64,000 nucleotides of DNA from the human T2T-CHM13v2.0 reference genome, Homo sapiens. Shown here piece by piece: positions 29,031-49,768 of the stretch; position 1 is the first letter of the stretch; each line of letters opens with the position of its first letter. The stretch lies in NCBI RefSeq assembly GCF_009914755.1, contig NC_060943.1. One strand, written 5' to 3'. The translations under genes and the position numbers were made by a program. The notes beneath the pieces were generated by a model. The model did not search any database, was not told the DNA's origin, and worked only from the letters and a program-made list of their open reading frames with translations.

Positions 29031-29175
29031 TATATATATACATATACATACATATATATACACATATATATACATATATACAGATATTATATATGTAAAT
29101 GTATATATATGTGTATATATATACACATATATATACATATTATAACTACATATATATACACACACACATACATAT
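29028..29175. repeat. (TA)n/(CA)n microsatellite in the Alu tail
   Basis: Directly visible, between the Alu body and the right TSD. Confidence 0.9.
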
Positions 29176-29440
29176 ACATGCACACATATGTTTATTGCAG
29201 CACTATTTACGATAGAAAATACATGGAATCCTCCCAAATGCCCATCAATGATATATTGGATAAAGAAAATGTGATATATATTCACCATGGAATACTATGC
29301 AGCCGTTAAAATAAATGAGATCATGTTCTTTGCAGGGACATGGATGAAGCTGGAAGCCATCACCCTCAGCAAACTAACACAGGAAAAGAAAACCAAACAC
29401 CACATGTTCTCAGTCGTAAGAGGGAGTTGAACAATGAGAG

Positions 29441-29673
29441 CAAACACATGGATACATGGAGGGGAACAACACACACCAGGGCCTCTCAGCGGGACAGGGG
29501 TAGGAGACCATCAGGACAAACACGTGGATACATGGAGGGGAACAACACACACCAGGGCCTCTCAGGGGGACAGGGGGTAGGAGACCATCAAGACAAACAC
29601 GTGGATACATGGAGGGGAACAACACACACCAGGGCCTCTCAGGGGGACAGGGGTAGGAGACCATCAGGACAAA
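29441..29673 (+). repeat. Minisatellite, 3 copies of a 76-77 bp unit
   Basis: Units start at 29441, 29517 and 29594 (caaacacrtggatacatggaggggaacaacacacaccagggcctctcag...ccatcarga) and are near-identical. Confidence 0.95.
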
Positions 29674-30459
29674 TAGCTAATGCATGCAGGGCCTCATACC
29701 TAGGTGATGGGTTGATGGGTGCAGCAAACCACCATGGCACACATTTACCTATGTATCAAACCTATACTTTCTGCACGTGTATCCCAGAACATAAAATAAA
29801 ATTTAAAAAATATATACACTGATTCATGATCTCCTTTCTCTCCTTCTGAAACACTCTTTAAAACTTTTTAGCATTTCCCCCTCTGTCTTCCATGTCTCCT
29901 AACTACATGTTTCTTATTTTCCATGTCTTTATTCCTGTGTTCATTTTGGATAGCCCCTTCTGACCTATATTACAGTTTACTAGTTCACTCTTCAACTGCT
30001 TCTAACATACTAATATTCTGTTAAAACCATTCATTTGGGTTTAAATTTCAATTATGTTATTCTCTATGGACATTCTATTTGTTTTCTTTTAATCTTCTTG
30101 GCCATTCTCTAGAGTTTCCTGTTCCATTATGATATTTTTAATTTTTTGTTTTACTTTAAACATACTAAATATAGTTATTTTATTTTATTTTCTGTATCTG
30201 ATACTTTCAATAACTGCAGTCTTTGCTAGTCTTTTTTCTGTGCTCTTGCTCATAGTTTTTTTCATTTGTTTTCATGATTAGAAAAACAGAGAGAGAAGAA
30301 GGAGAGTAAAGGGAGGAGGCGGAGGAGGAGAAAAGAAGAAAGCAGAGAAGAAGGGACAGAGAAAAAAAGGAAGTTGGTTCTAACGTTTCTCTAACAACTG
30401 GCTTCAGTGAAACACTCCCACCTTGTGGATTTTTAGGTTATTGAAATTAACCAGTCTTC

Positions 30460-30585
30460 TGGGTGCAGCACACCAACATGGCACATGTATACATATGTAA
30501 CAAACCTGCACTTTGTGCACATGTACCCTAAAACTTAAAGTATAATAAAAAATAAAATAAAAAGCTACACAAATTTAAAAAAAAA
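30460..30585 (+). mobile_element. Short L1PA 3' tip with A-rich tail
   Basis: tgggtgcagcacaccaacatggcacatg...taaaacttaaagtataataaaa. Confidence 0.85.
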
Positions 30586-30979
30586 GAAATCAACCTAATT
30601 CCTAGATTACCACCTCTTGATTCAAATGCTTTAAATCTAGGCTTTTCATCTGAGTCTTTCTTTTTAGTTATTCTGTTTATCTTCAAAACACTCCTGCTTT
30701 GAATCATTCAAAATCTACCTCCCTCCCTCTGTTTGACTACCATCAATTTTTTTGCTCATTCCTAATGCATTAATCTATTAGCTGTGAATATCCAAAAACC
30801 CTCATTTCACTGAATCTTTGACAGACCCCTTTGCATCCTCTTGTTCTTCTAATTATTTCCTCAGAAACTTTATGTTCTCTTTTCTTTACAAGCATGTCAT
30901 AGTTTATATATAATGTGTGTATTGTTTTTATATATAACTATATATAGCCTCTTTTTAAAAGCACTATACACCATGCTTT

Positions 30980-31830
30980 GAAATATATTCTAAAATCAGG
31001 TAGCATGAAAATGGAAACATAACATACTAAAACATATGGGATGCAACAAAAGCAGTTATAAGAGGGACATTTATAGCAATAAATGCCTACATCAAAAAAG
31101 AAAAAAAAGATCTCAAATAAGCAACCTAATATTATGCCTAAAGGAGCGAGAAAATTAGAGAACAATACAAGCCCAAAGATAGCAGAAGGAAACAAATAAC
31201 AAAGATCAGAGCAGAAATAATATAATAGAAACTGAAAATTTCAATAAAAATAAGAATTGTTTTTTGAAAAGATAAACAAAATTAACAAATTCTTACATAG
31301 ACTAAGAAAAAAGAAAACAAACTCAGAAGTGAAAGAAGAGACATTACAACTGATACCACAGAAGTTAAAAAATCATAACATACTACTATAAACAATTATT
31401 CACCAGCAAATTAGATAACCTAGAAGAAATTGATAAACTCGTACCAAAACTGAATCATGAAGAATTCAAAATTTAGAAGAAATCATGAATAAGGAAATTA
31501 AATCACCAATGAAAGGTCTCTCATAAAAGAAAGACCAAGGATTGAATGGCTTGGTGGCTGAATTCCAACAAACACTTAGATGACTAACACCAATCCTTCC
31601 CAAACTCTTCCAAAAAAAATGAAGAAGAGGAATACTTTCAAATTCATTTTTCAAAACCAGCATTACCCTGATACCAAAACCAGAGAAGGACACTATAATA
31701 AAAATAAATTGCAGACCAATACTCCTGATGAACTTGGATGGAAAAACCTTCAGCCAAATATTAGCAAATATTATTTTTAAAAAAAAACAGCAAAAAAATT
31801 CACCATGCTTAAGTGGGATTCATCCCTGGG
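30980..31830 (+). mobile_element. Old L1M ORF2 fragment
   Basis: Degenerate ORF2 motifs (gacattacaactgataccacagaa, aagtgggattcatccctggg). Confidence 0.7.
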
Positions 31831-32467
31831 AAGCTTATTAGTCTTATTTGATTCGTGTAATCAGAAAATTTCTATGTCTAGTGAAGAGAAATGAGAGCAA
31901 TAGAGACTCATAGCACCTCAACAAATGTCCAGGCTTGAGCCAGTTAACAAATACAAGTCCTTCAAATACAAAAAAGACTGTGAAAGAAAATAGAACAGAT
32001 CAATGAGACTAAGAATTTGTTCTTTGAAAAGATAAAACTGACAAACCATTAGCTAGACTAGAAAAATGAGAGAATACTCAAAGCAATAAAATCAGAAATG
32101 AAAGAGGAAATATTGCAACTAATACCACAGAAATACAGAGGATCATAAGAGGCCACTATAAACAATTACAAGCCAACAAATTGGATAACCTAGAAAAAGC
32201 AGATAAATTTCTAGAAAAATGCAACTTACCTAGAGAAAGTCAAGAAGAAAGATAAAATCTGAACAGAACAATACTGAGTATGGAGAGTATATCAATAATA
32301 AAACATCTCCCATCAAAGAACATCCCAGGACCAGAAAACTTCATTGCTGAATTCTAACATTTTAAAAAATAATAATACAATCCTTCTGAAATTCTTCCAA
32401 AAACTTGAAGGGGAAAGAGTATTTCCAAACTCATTTTAAAAGATCAGCATTATTGTTTTTTTTTAAA

Positions 32468-33389
32468 GTGATGTTCCCCTTCCTGTGTCCATGTGTTCTC
32501 ATTGTCCAATTCCCACCTATGAGTGAGAACATGCGGTGTTTGGTTTTTTGTCCTTGTGATTGTTTGCTGAGAATGATGGTTTCCAGCTTCACCCATGTCC
32601 CTACAAAGGACATGAACTCATCATTTTTTATGGCTGCATAGTATTCCATGGTGTATATGTGCCACATTTTCTTAATCCAGTCTATCATTGTTGGACATTT
32701 GGATTGGTTCCAAGTCTTTGCTATTGTGAATAGTGCCACAGTAAACATACGTGTGCATGTGTCTTTATAGCAGCATGATTTATAGTCCTTTGGGTATATA
32801 CCCAGTAATGGGATGGCTGGGTCAAATGGTATTTCTAGTTCTAGATCCCTGCGGAATCGCCACACTGTCTTCCACAATGGTTGAACTAGTTTACAGTCCC
32901 ACCAACAGTGTAAAAATGTTCCTATTTCTCCACATCCTCTCCAGCACCTGTTGTTTCCTGACTTTTTAATGATGGCCATTCTAACTGGTGTAAGATGGTA
33001 TCTCATTGTGGTTTTGATTTGCATTTCTCTGATGGCCAGTGATAGTGAGCATTTTTTCATGTGTTTTTTGGCTGCATAAATGTCTTCTTTTGAGAAGTGT
33101 CTGTTCATATCCTTTGCCCACTTTTTGATGGGGTTGTTTGTTTTTTTCTTGTAAATTTGTTTGGGTTCATTGTAGATTCCGGATATTAGCACTGGGGCCT
33201 GTTGTGGGGTGGGGGGAGGGGGGAGGGATAGCATTAGGAGATATACCTAATGTTAAATGATGAGTTAATGGGTGCAGCACACCAGTATGGCACATGTATA
33301 CATATGTAACTAACCTGTACGTTGTGCACATGTATCCTAAAACTTAAAGTATAATTTAAAAAATAAATAAATAAAAATAAAAATAAAAA
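32468..33389 (+). mobile_element. L1PA (about PA3-5) with 5' inversion
   Basis: Inverted ORF2-end/3'UTR on - at 32468-33190, then sense 3'UTR from 33190 to the A-rich tail. The two pieces are adjacent in L1 coordinates (gaacatcac / cactggggcct). Confidence 0.88.
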
Positions 33390-34563
33390 GGCAAACAAGG
33401 ACACTATAAGAAAAGTATGGGCCAACCAATATCCCTGATGAACACAGATACAAAAGTCCTCAAAAAAAAGTACTAGCAAGCAGAATTTAACAACATATTA
33501 GGAGAACATTTACCATGATAAAGTGGATTTATCCTCCAGATGTTTCAGCAAACACAAATCAAATGTGATAAACCACATTAACAGAATGAAGGATAAAAAA
33601 ATAGCTATCTCTATATATGCAGAAAAAGCATTTGACTAAATTCAAAATCCTCTCATGACTAAACCTCTCAACAAATTGGGCATAGAAGGCATGTACCTTA
33701 ACACAAAACAGGACATATATAACAAGCTCACAGCTCACATCATACCCAACAATGAAAAAGTGAAATCTTTTCTGCTAAGATCAAAAACAAGACAAGGATA
33801 TTTATTCTCACTACTTCTATTCAACTTATTTCTGGAAGTCCTAGCCAGAGCAATTAAGCCAAATAAAGAAATAAAAGATTCAAATTGAAAAGGAAGAAGT
33901 AAAATTGTCTCTGTTTGATGACATATTATATATAGGAAACCCTAAAAACTCCACCAAAAAGCTATTAGAAATGATAAATGAATTCAATAAAATTTCAGAA
34001 TTCAAAATCAATGTACAAAACTCAGTAGTTTCTTTACACTCACAACAAACTATATGACAAAAATAAAGAAATCAATCTCATTCACAGTAGCATCAAAAAA
34101 AACGTATTTTTTTTGTTTAGGAGCACATTTAGGATTGTACTTAGGAGTACATTTAACCAAGGAGGTGAAAGATCTGTATTCTGAACACTATAAAACATTG
34201 ATGAAAAATTGTAGATGACACAAATACATGGAAAGATATTTTATGTTCATGGGTAGGAAGAATTAATATTCTTAAAATGTCCTTACTGCCCAAAGCGATT
34301 TATAGGTTTAATGCAATATTTATCAAAATTTCAATGTCATTCTTCACAGAAATAGAAAAAACAATTTGAAAATTTATATGGAACCACAAAGGATCCTGAA
34401 TAACTAAAGGACTCTTGAGCAATAAGAACAAAGCTGAAGGCCTCACAATCTGACTTCAAAACATATTACAGGAAAAGAACAAAAGAAGGAAGAAGAGGGT
34501 AGAGGAGAAGTGCAGCAAGGGTGGAGGGAGGTGCCCACGCTGGGTCGGAGGAGCAGGAGGAGT

Positions 34564-34964
<401 letters not shown>

Positions 34965-35633
34965 TTTCCCTCCCTGTCTGTCCATTGTGGATGAGCTCTG
35001 AGCCCTGTTTTCCTGTGAAGATTCTTTGAATTGCAGCCATTCTATTCACATGAACTCTCACATCTGGAGCACAGATGGCCCTCTCAAGGTAATTTATTGT
35101 ATGCATTGACTGTTTACCAAACAAATGTCTTACTATGTACTCAGGTATATTCAGCAGCATTGTCGACTGCAGTCCCCTATGCTTGCCAGAAGATACTGTA
35201 TTCAAAGTAGAAGTTTCACAGTGATGAGTAATCACTGCAATTTTCCCATTGCTCCATGGACTCTCGGAGGCCGGTGTTCTGTTCCCTGTAAATAGAGATG
35301 TACTCTGAACCTTTCTGCCTCCCTCAGCTGTTCCTAGTCCTTGGTATCAGCCCCTGGAGATGTCCACAACCACTTAGGACAAAAGGCAAAAGTGGAATTT
35401 CAGACAAAACTTTGATAGGATCTTCAGTGATAAACTTGGACTAACTGTGGCCCAGGTATCAGCACTCCCAAGAATTGCCAGGAGGAAGCTTTGGCAGACA
35501 CCACAGGTATGGCAAGGCCTATCTCCCTCTGCTGAATCCAACAGGGGCAAGCAAGCTGGCATGTGGCTTGAGGTGACCCGAATATGTCAGCACCCCTCAG
35601 ATGTCTTTCTTTGCACTTTTGAAAAAAATCTCA

Positions 35634-42060
<6,427 letters not shown>

Positions 42061-44599
42061 AATCTCAAACAACTCACTGAAGTGTCTCAAAGCTGAACAA
42101 GTTTTACCAAAATGAATCCTTCTCAGTTAACTGATCAAATGGATGAATCCTGACCCTCTGAAGTCTCTTTCCTGAGTTAGAGCAGGGAACTGCTCTGAGT
42201 GTTAACTGTTGGATTCACTGCAGTGTCCTACAATATTTTACAAGAAGATGAAAAGGCAACCTGCAGACCTAGGCTTGATTCCCAAGTCACAGTCTGACCC
42301 CTGCTACAGGAGGTTACCCTCCTCAGGAAGAGATAGAAATAGGGAATTTGAAGGAATAGTGAGGGGACCAGGGAGATTTGATTGAGTCTGGTTTCCAGGT
42401 GAATTAAAAGGAAGGGTGTCATCCAGGGTTTGTTGCTACAGTCAAAAGAATAAATAAATCAATGAAGAAATACCTTCATTGTCTGTGGTTTTCATGCAGA
42501 TATACTCATGGAGGTTGTATCTCTCCAAAAACAGACAAATCCAAGGCTGTGAACAAGCATCCGCATTTGAATTCCATTAAACCAAAATCTATGTTGAACG
42601 AAGTGAAGTCTGTACACAGCATTGCAAATGTGAACACATTCCTGTGTGAGGCACATCAACATTTGTCAGTTATTGTGAATATGTGTATTTTTAAGCAATA
42701 AGATGCAGCTGGTCAGTTTTCTGGGCAATCTTGGCGATGCATTTCCTGTGCTGTGGTTGTTCTCTAACCACTGTGAGAAACCCAAATAAAAATCGATCCC
42801 CCCCCAAAACAAATACGTATCACAAAACCATAGTAATCAAAACAACATGACACTTGCACAAAAACAGACACATTGACCAGGGGAACAGAATAAGGAGCCC
42901 AGAAATAAACTCATGCATTTATGACCAATAAATTTTTGACAAAGGTGCCCAGAAAACGTAATGAAGAATAGACATTTGTTTCAATAAATGGTGTTAAGAA
43001 AACTAGATATCCACATGCAGAAGAACACGAATGTGTATGGTGTGTATCCTTATCTCACACCATACACAAAAATCAATTCAAAATGGATTAAAGGTTTAAA
43101 CATAAAACTGTAAAACTACTAGATGAAAACATAGGGGAAAAGTTCCACAATGTTGGTTTGGTCAAAGATTTCTTGGATATAACCCCCAAAGCACAGGCAA
43201 CAAAAGCAAAAATATATGGGATTGCATCAAACTAAAAAGCTTCTGCACAGCAAAGGAAACAATATGGTGAAGAGACAACCTACAAGTTGTGAGAAAATAT
43301 TTGCAGAGCATACATCTGATGAAAGGCTAATCTCCAAATATATAAGGGACTCAACTCAATATCAAGAAAACAAATAACCAAGTCAAAAAATGGGCAAGGT
43401 CCTAAATAGACATTTCTCAAAAAAAATACAAATGACTAACATAAAAAAAGTTTGTCATCCTAATTATCAGGGAAATGCAAATTAAAATGACAGTGAGATG
43501 CCACTTCATACCTGTTAGAATGGCTACTATCAAAATGATAAAAGATAACAAGTGTTGAAGAGGATACAGAGAAAAGGGAACCCTCGTACACTGTTGGTGG
43601 AAATGTAAATTAATACTATTATGAAAAATAGATAAAAGTTACTCAAAAAACTAAAACTAGAATTACTATATGATCCAGCAATCCCACTTCCTTGTATATA
43701 TCCAAAGGAATTTAAGTCAATATGCTGAAGAGATATCTCCAGGCTCATGTTCATTGCAGCATTATTCACAATACCCAAATATGAAATCAACACAGGTGTC
43801 TATCAACTGACAAATGGATGAAGAAAATGTAGTGTATATATACAATGGAATACTACTCAGCCTTAATAGGAAGGAAAACCTGATATATGTGACAACATGA
43901 ATTAACCCAGAAGATATCACGCTAAGTGAAATAAGCCAGGCACGAAAAGACAAATATCACATGATCTCACTGATATGTGGAATCTGAAAAAGTTGAATTC
44001 ATAGAAGTAGAGAATGGAATGGTGATTATCAGAGGCTAGGAGTTGGGGGTAGACATGGAAAAGGTAGATGTTGATAAAAGGGTTCAAAGTTTCAGTTAGA
44101 CAAAGTTTCAGTGAACTATTGCACAGAATGGTGACTGTAATAAATAACAAGGTATTGTATGTTTCAAAATGACTAACAGAGTAGATTTTAAATGTTTTCA
44201 CCACAAAAAAGATATGTATGTCAATAAGATAGACCTAATCTTTCCACAATTTAAACATGTATCAAAACATTACATTGTACCCCATAGATACAATTATTAT
44301 TTGTCAATTTAAAATTTTTCACTAATTTATATTGTTATTGTTGCACCAACTCCTTTCCACCAGGCAGATTCTCATAAAGACTATTTTCTCTCTTACATGA
44401 AGCATTTCCTACACACCTCTTAATCACGGTAGCATTGACATCATTCCACCAGATTCTATCTCCAGTGTTAAAATAATCAAGAACCCAGAAATCTCCACCA
44501 GGGGGCAACCAATGCGTATCAAAGTTTCCCACTTTCCTTTAGATTTACTTATGGGTAACTTATGGGAAAAAATACTTAAGTACTTCCCTTTTTAAAGAA

Positions 44600-45240
44600 A
44601 AAAATTATATGAATTCTACAAAATTATGGCAGAAAATTTAAGAAGAGCAGATGCTTCCCAACTCATTCTAAAGGGCCAGCATTACCCTGATTCTGAAATG
44701 AAAAAGCTTTACAAAATCCAAGATCCATTCCTGACTAAAGATAAAAGAAATTTTCAGCAAACTGTGAATACAGAAAACTTTCTCAGCCTGTTAAAGAGTA
44801 CCTATGAAAAAAATTATAGCTAACATTATACTTAATGATGAAATATTTAATATATTTCATAACAGGAACAAGTCAAAGATGTCTGCTCTAACTAATTCTA
44901 CTCAGCATTCAACAAAATGAATATAGTGAATTCATACTAGAATTTTAAAAGCAAATGTCTTTATTCACTGACAACATAATCATCTATAAAGAAAATCCTA
45001 CATAACCTATAAAAAACTGATGGAACTAATAAGTTTTGCAAGTTTACAGGATATAATGTCAAACAAAGATCTATTATGTGCCCATAAGCTAAGAATAAAC
45101 AATTGTAAATTGAAATAAAAATGTCACTTAAAAGGGCATCAGAAATATAAAACTTAGAGATAAATATAAAGTACATATGCATAAAGTACCTGTTCACCAA
45201 AAACTACAAAACATTGCTGAAAGAAATTAAATGGGCATAA
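44600..45240 (+). mobile_element. Old L1M ORF2 fragments
   Basis: Degenerate ORF2 motifs (ggccagcattaccctgat, caaaaactacaaaacattgctgaaagaaattaaa). Confidence 0.6.
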
Positions 45241-45441
45241 TATAGATGTAGAGATGTGTTGAATTTATGACTCATTTTGAACAAGGAATATATTCATCAT
45301 ATATTCATCAGATAAGAATTATGTTACAGGTCTAATAACATTCAAATCAATACATAATGTCTCATAGTTCCTGAATCTAAAATATCAAAGAAAGAAACAT
45401 AAAGCCATATCATGTTTAACGAGAAGGGCTTATTGTATCAT

Positions 45442-46379
45442 TTATGAGATCTTCTTGTAAATCACTAGCTGTTTGCATACTCTCTTTATTGCTGCCTTCA
45501 TCTCCTTATTCCTGAATGTATAGACAACTGGATTCAGAAAAGGAGTGAGAACTGCATCAAAAATAGCCAGAAACTTGTCCATCTGTGAATTAGGGTGTGG
45601 CCATGTATACACAAACATGGGTGGACCAAAGAACAAAAGGACCGCTGTGCTGTGAGCTGAAAGAGTGGAAAGGGCCTTGGATGAACCACCTGAGGAATGT
45701 TTCCAAACAGTAAACAGGATGAAGACGTAGGAGATTAGAAGTATGAAGAAAGTACCCACACAGATAAACCCACTGTTAACAGTGACCATGAACTGCAATC
45801 TGTAGGTGTCGGTACAGGCTAGTCTGAGAAGCTGAGGAAGGTCACAGTAGAAGCTGTCCAACACATTAGGGCCACAGAAGGGTAAATTAACAAGAAATGC
45901 CAGTTGGAACAGGGAGTGACTGACAACAAGGGTCCAGGCAACAGCCAGAAATGAAAGGCACATTCTTGGGCTCATAATGGTCAGATAGTGGAGGGGCTTA
46001 ATAGGGCCACATAACTGTCAAAGGCCATGGCTATGAGCAGCACCATCTCCACACCACCAATGACGTGGATGAAGAAGATTTGAGCGATGCAGCCTCCAAA
46101 GGAGATGACTTTGCGCTTTCTGAACAGGTCATAAATCATCTTGGGAGAAGTGACAGAGCAGGCTCCTAAGTCAATGAAGGAGAGACTGACCAGTAGAAAG
46201 TACATGGGGGAGTGTAAGTGAGGGTCAGTGGTCACAGAAAACACAATGAGGATGTTTCCAGTAATGCTTGCCACATAGAGCACAGAGGAAAACACTAGGA
46301 GGAGGAGCTGGATCTCCCATGAATGAGTGAGTCCCAGAAACAAAAACTCAGATACCACTGAGTGATTCTCTCCATCCAT
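45442..46379 (-). pseudogene. Olfactory receptor pseudogene, OR4F16/OR4F29/OR4F3-type with a 1-bp frameshift (OR4F8P/OR4F8BP-like)
   Basis: ATG at 46379 ([12 protein letters not shown]) to TAA at 45442 is 938 bp, one base short of a 312-codon ORF plus stop. The deletion lies in the ALCKPLHY codons at 46000/46001 and splits it into ORFs 45981..46391 and 45442..45975. The DRY motif reads DSY. Confidence 0.92.
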
Positions 46380-49300
46380 TGGTCCAGCCAACTGGGCTGT
46401 GGCTAAAATTATGAGAACTAAGAAAATGGGGAGGAAATTGTGATTATGAAGATAATATGTACTAAAATCAATATTGCAATGTCACTATGAATAAATAGTA
46501 TACAGTTATTCTGTTCCTCACATATTAAAAACAAAAAATCAACATAATATTATCACAACATGTGAGCTGCAACCTGATTTAAACCCATCATCAATACTTT
46601 CAGTGTAATGTCTGATCTAAAATTAACAGATTAGGTAAGAACAAGATTCCTGACTATCCATGAAATTCATCAGGTGTTTAAATGACCTGCGATATTAACT
46701 ATTCCTCATTTCCAACATATTCCATTTGTACTTATACATATTCTTATAATTTCCTTCCCTTCCCAGTTTGCAGCCACAATTCTCTGACAGAAAGTAGACA
46801 TAAGAGGAAAACATGATTAACAGATGGATTATCACCTGCAGTAAGAGGTGCCTGGGACGGACTTAGTTGAGGTAGGCTGTGGATTGAGACAGAATATAGA
46901 GACTGGGGTATGTGAAATCGGAAAGCCCACAACTGTAGCAGAACAGAGTAAGTGGACTTTCACAAGAAATAGAATCACCACCATTATCTACCACATTTTC
47001 TCCTGCTCACTGCTATTTAAGTGCCTCAGTTTCTATACAATCTTTCACAATTACGAAGCCCTAAATGGCTTCCCATCCTGCAGTGATTTCATAAGGAGCC
47101 TATGCCACCTGTCATGTAAGGCTTTTTCCATGCCTAATAAATATGTTTTGGAGGGATTTCACCAGAGTTTTTGCTAAGATGCATAAAATGGCCACAGAGG
47201 TTGTGAGAAATCTCTGCAGTTTCTCTTTGTCTATACACATGAAAGTATTGAAGACCAGCACTTGGATTAGTTAAGATAATGTTTTAATTCATCACTGTCT
47301 CCTCCTCCCCTTGGTACCAGCTTTTATGTTCATTGCATTCCCCACCCTTTTAAGTACTCAGTACCTCCTGCATGGTAACCTATTCTGATATTTGATATTA
47401 TCATGCTTAATTTGACTGAATCCATTTGGATATTTTATCTTTAAGAAATTTGTAGTTTTATACTTTTAATTTATGATAAAATTAGATTAATATCAAACAT
47501 TAACAAGTGACTTTTAGGAAGGTATATGAGCTTTCTTATTGACTTCAAACTATAAAGTACAAACTGTGACACTAGAAATTTAGTCCTTTAACACATGTTG
47601 TATTTATATGTGAAGTGGAGGGTGAGCAGAAAACAGTGTTATATTTCTCTGTGTCCAGATGGATACTCACCTCAATCATTTTCCTATAGTAGAAAGTAGT
47701 TCCTGAAAACACTTAATAGAGATTATTTTAGAAGTTGCTGAGGTACAAATAAAACTGCTATGCTGACATCATACTTTTTTGCACCAACAACTCCAGTTCT
47801 TCTGACACAAAGGACCATCTTCCTAGTGCCATAATTTATCTTAGACCCCAAAACTCACAGAGGCACACATCATATCTCTAATACTTGCTCACCACCACTG
47901 GCATGAGTCTCTCTCTATCCTCTTCTACGTGAAGTGATTATACTGTCACCTCTGGAGCTAACTGTCCACAGTCTCAAGATGCACACTTTTACAACCAGAA
48001 GCCTATGGACTGGGTGAGGGAGCAGAAACAGCCACAGGTACTGCCCATCAGGGTAATGTAAGTCAGCATGCAAACAACTGATCAGATGAACATGAATAGC
48101 AAGGTGCCGAGGCACTGGGAAGAGGGACCGGAAAACTCTATAACTGTTGAAAAAGACTCAAGCCCTTGGGAAGGGAAATGCCTACGAAATTATATAAAGA
48201 CCATTTTATCCAAGTTGGTCATCATTCAGATGAAAACCATGAGGCCCAGAAAAGTAAACTGAGTTTCCAGAATTCACACAATTGATAGAATAGGAACCAG
48301 AATTCAGGCCTCTTGCTTCCTATTCCAGAAAGACAAATTGCAATAATAATCAAATAATATGAGCAATCATCCAGTAAAAATAATCTAGTAAAAACAGCAA
48401 AACTCAAAAGAGTGATTTTTCCTGGTTAAGACCAAACTAACCATAGATTGCTATACATAGTATCTATTATAAATACTGAATTATATAGCAGCCTGACAAT
48501 AAATACATAAAATGTGTACACAAAGATTATTGAACCTGTACAATACAGTAGTAAATAGTAACTTTATATTTGCAAAGTGACTGATCATTACTATCAGAAT
48601 TTGTACCCATTCTTCATATTTTGTTGGTCATATAACCAGTTACTACAACTGCAAAAACAACCTAAGGTCATGTTTCTGTGAAGTCCATCCTTTTGGTCTT
48701 TAAATTTTATTATTCTCAAAGGTCAATTATGATCTCAATCTTTTCTTGTAATTTTACTGACAATTCTCCTTCACACTGATTTGTTCTTTCTCTAATTCCT
48801 GTAAATAGAAAGAACCAAAAAAAGTTGAAAAAACATGTATTGTACATATAACAAACAATCATATGTGGTATACAATATATATCAAATGAGTATTAAGATA
48901 AACATTCAAAGAGTTTTAAAGAAAAAAGTGTTATAGATATTGGAGGGCAGAAGAGACGATTGCCATTAAGAACAGGTGGAGGAGGTTATGCCAAGGACAT
49001 TGACCTGACCCTTTAGGAATTAGTGAAAATTGAATAGGAGAAGAATGAGGTATACAATGTGTGAAAAATACCTAAATTGATATAACAGGAGGAGACCTTT
49101 TCATATCAATTATCATTACTTCTGTGTATATAACCATATTAGATACCCACAAACGAATAGAAAGTGGATAGTTCTTGATTGACAAGTAAGACTAATAATC
49201 CCAGATCATAGTAAGGTCTTAACTTCAAGTCAATAATCTTTATTACTTATGGTTCATTCCTCTCCCTCATGTTTTCCAATAATTTTAAAATGCATAATTA

Positions 49301-49660
49301 AAACAATTCTCATTTAAAAACATAGTAGCCATGACTAATGATCTTCCAGTGGGAAGGTACTAAGACTTTACAACATGTTTCTTGCTGGGGATAAGACAGC
49401 CTACAGCCAGCATTCAACTCATTTTTCTAAAGTCTATGGATCAATTTGAAATACAGAAAAAGTAGAACAGAGATAAAGTTAAAAAAAGATTAAAAATATG
49501 GGAAGAATGGGAGAAAGGGGAAATTAGAAGATATAAATAATGATTTAAAAATAAAAGAGCCTCAAAGGAGAAGAGAAACTGCTAAGCAAGACTAAGGTAG
49601 GATGAAATACAGTAGTCTCTGTTTCTGAGAACACAGGTTAAAAAGAACATAAATAAAATA

Positions 49661-49768
49661 AATTTATCACCTTTAATACACTCATTCAAGGATGCTACTG
49701 AGTTTGACTTTGGGAATTTCTCACCTTTAATACACTCATCTGGGGATGCTACGGACTGTGACATTGGG
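49661..49768. repeat. Two-copy 54-bp tandem duplication
   Basis: aattt(a/c)tcacctttaatacactcat...ggatgctac at 49661 and 49715. Confidence 0.85.

Noticed and set aside
29340-29822. 160-aa ORF with internal repeats
   Set aside because: It is a frame-cycling translation of the 76-bp minisatellite in an L1 3'UTR.
30443-30595. 3' transduction after the short L1 tip (gctacacaaattt between A tracts)
   Set aside because: The segment is only about 13 nt and the candidate TSD is weak, so it cannot be distinguished from tail decay.
32431-33234. 267-aa minus-strand ORF as a novel gene
   Set aside because: It is the L1 ORF2 C-terminus fused across an inversion junction, with no promoter or other support.
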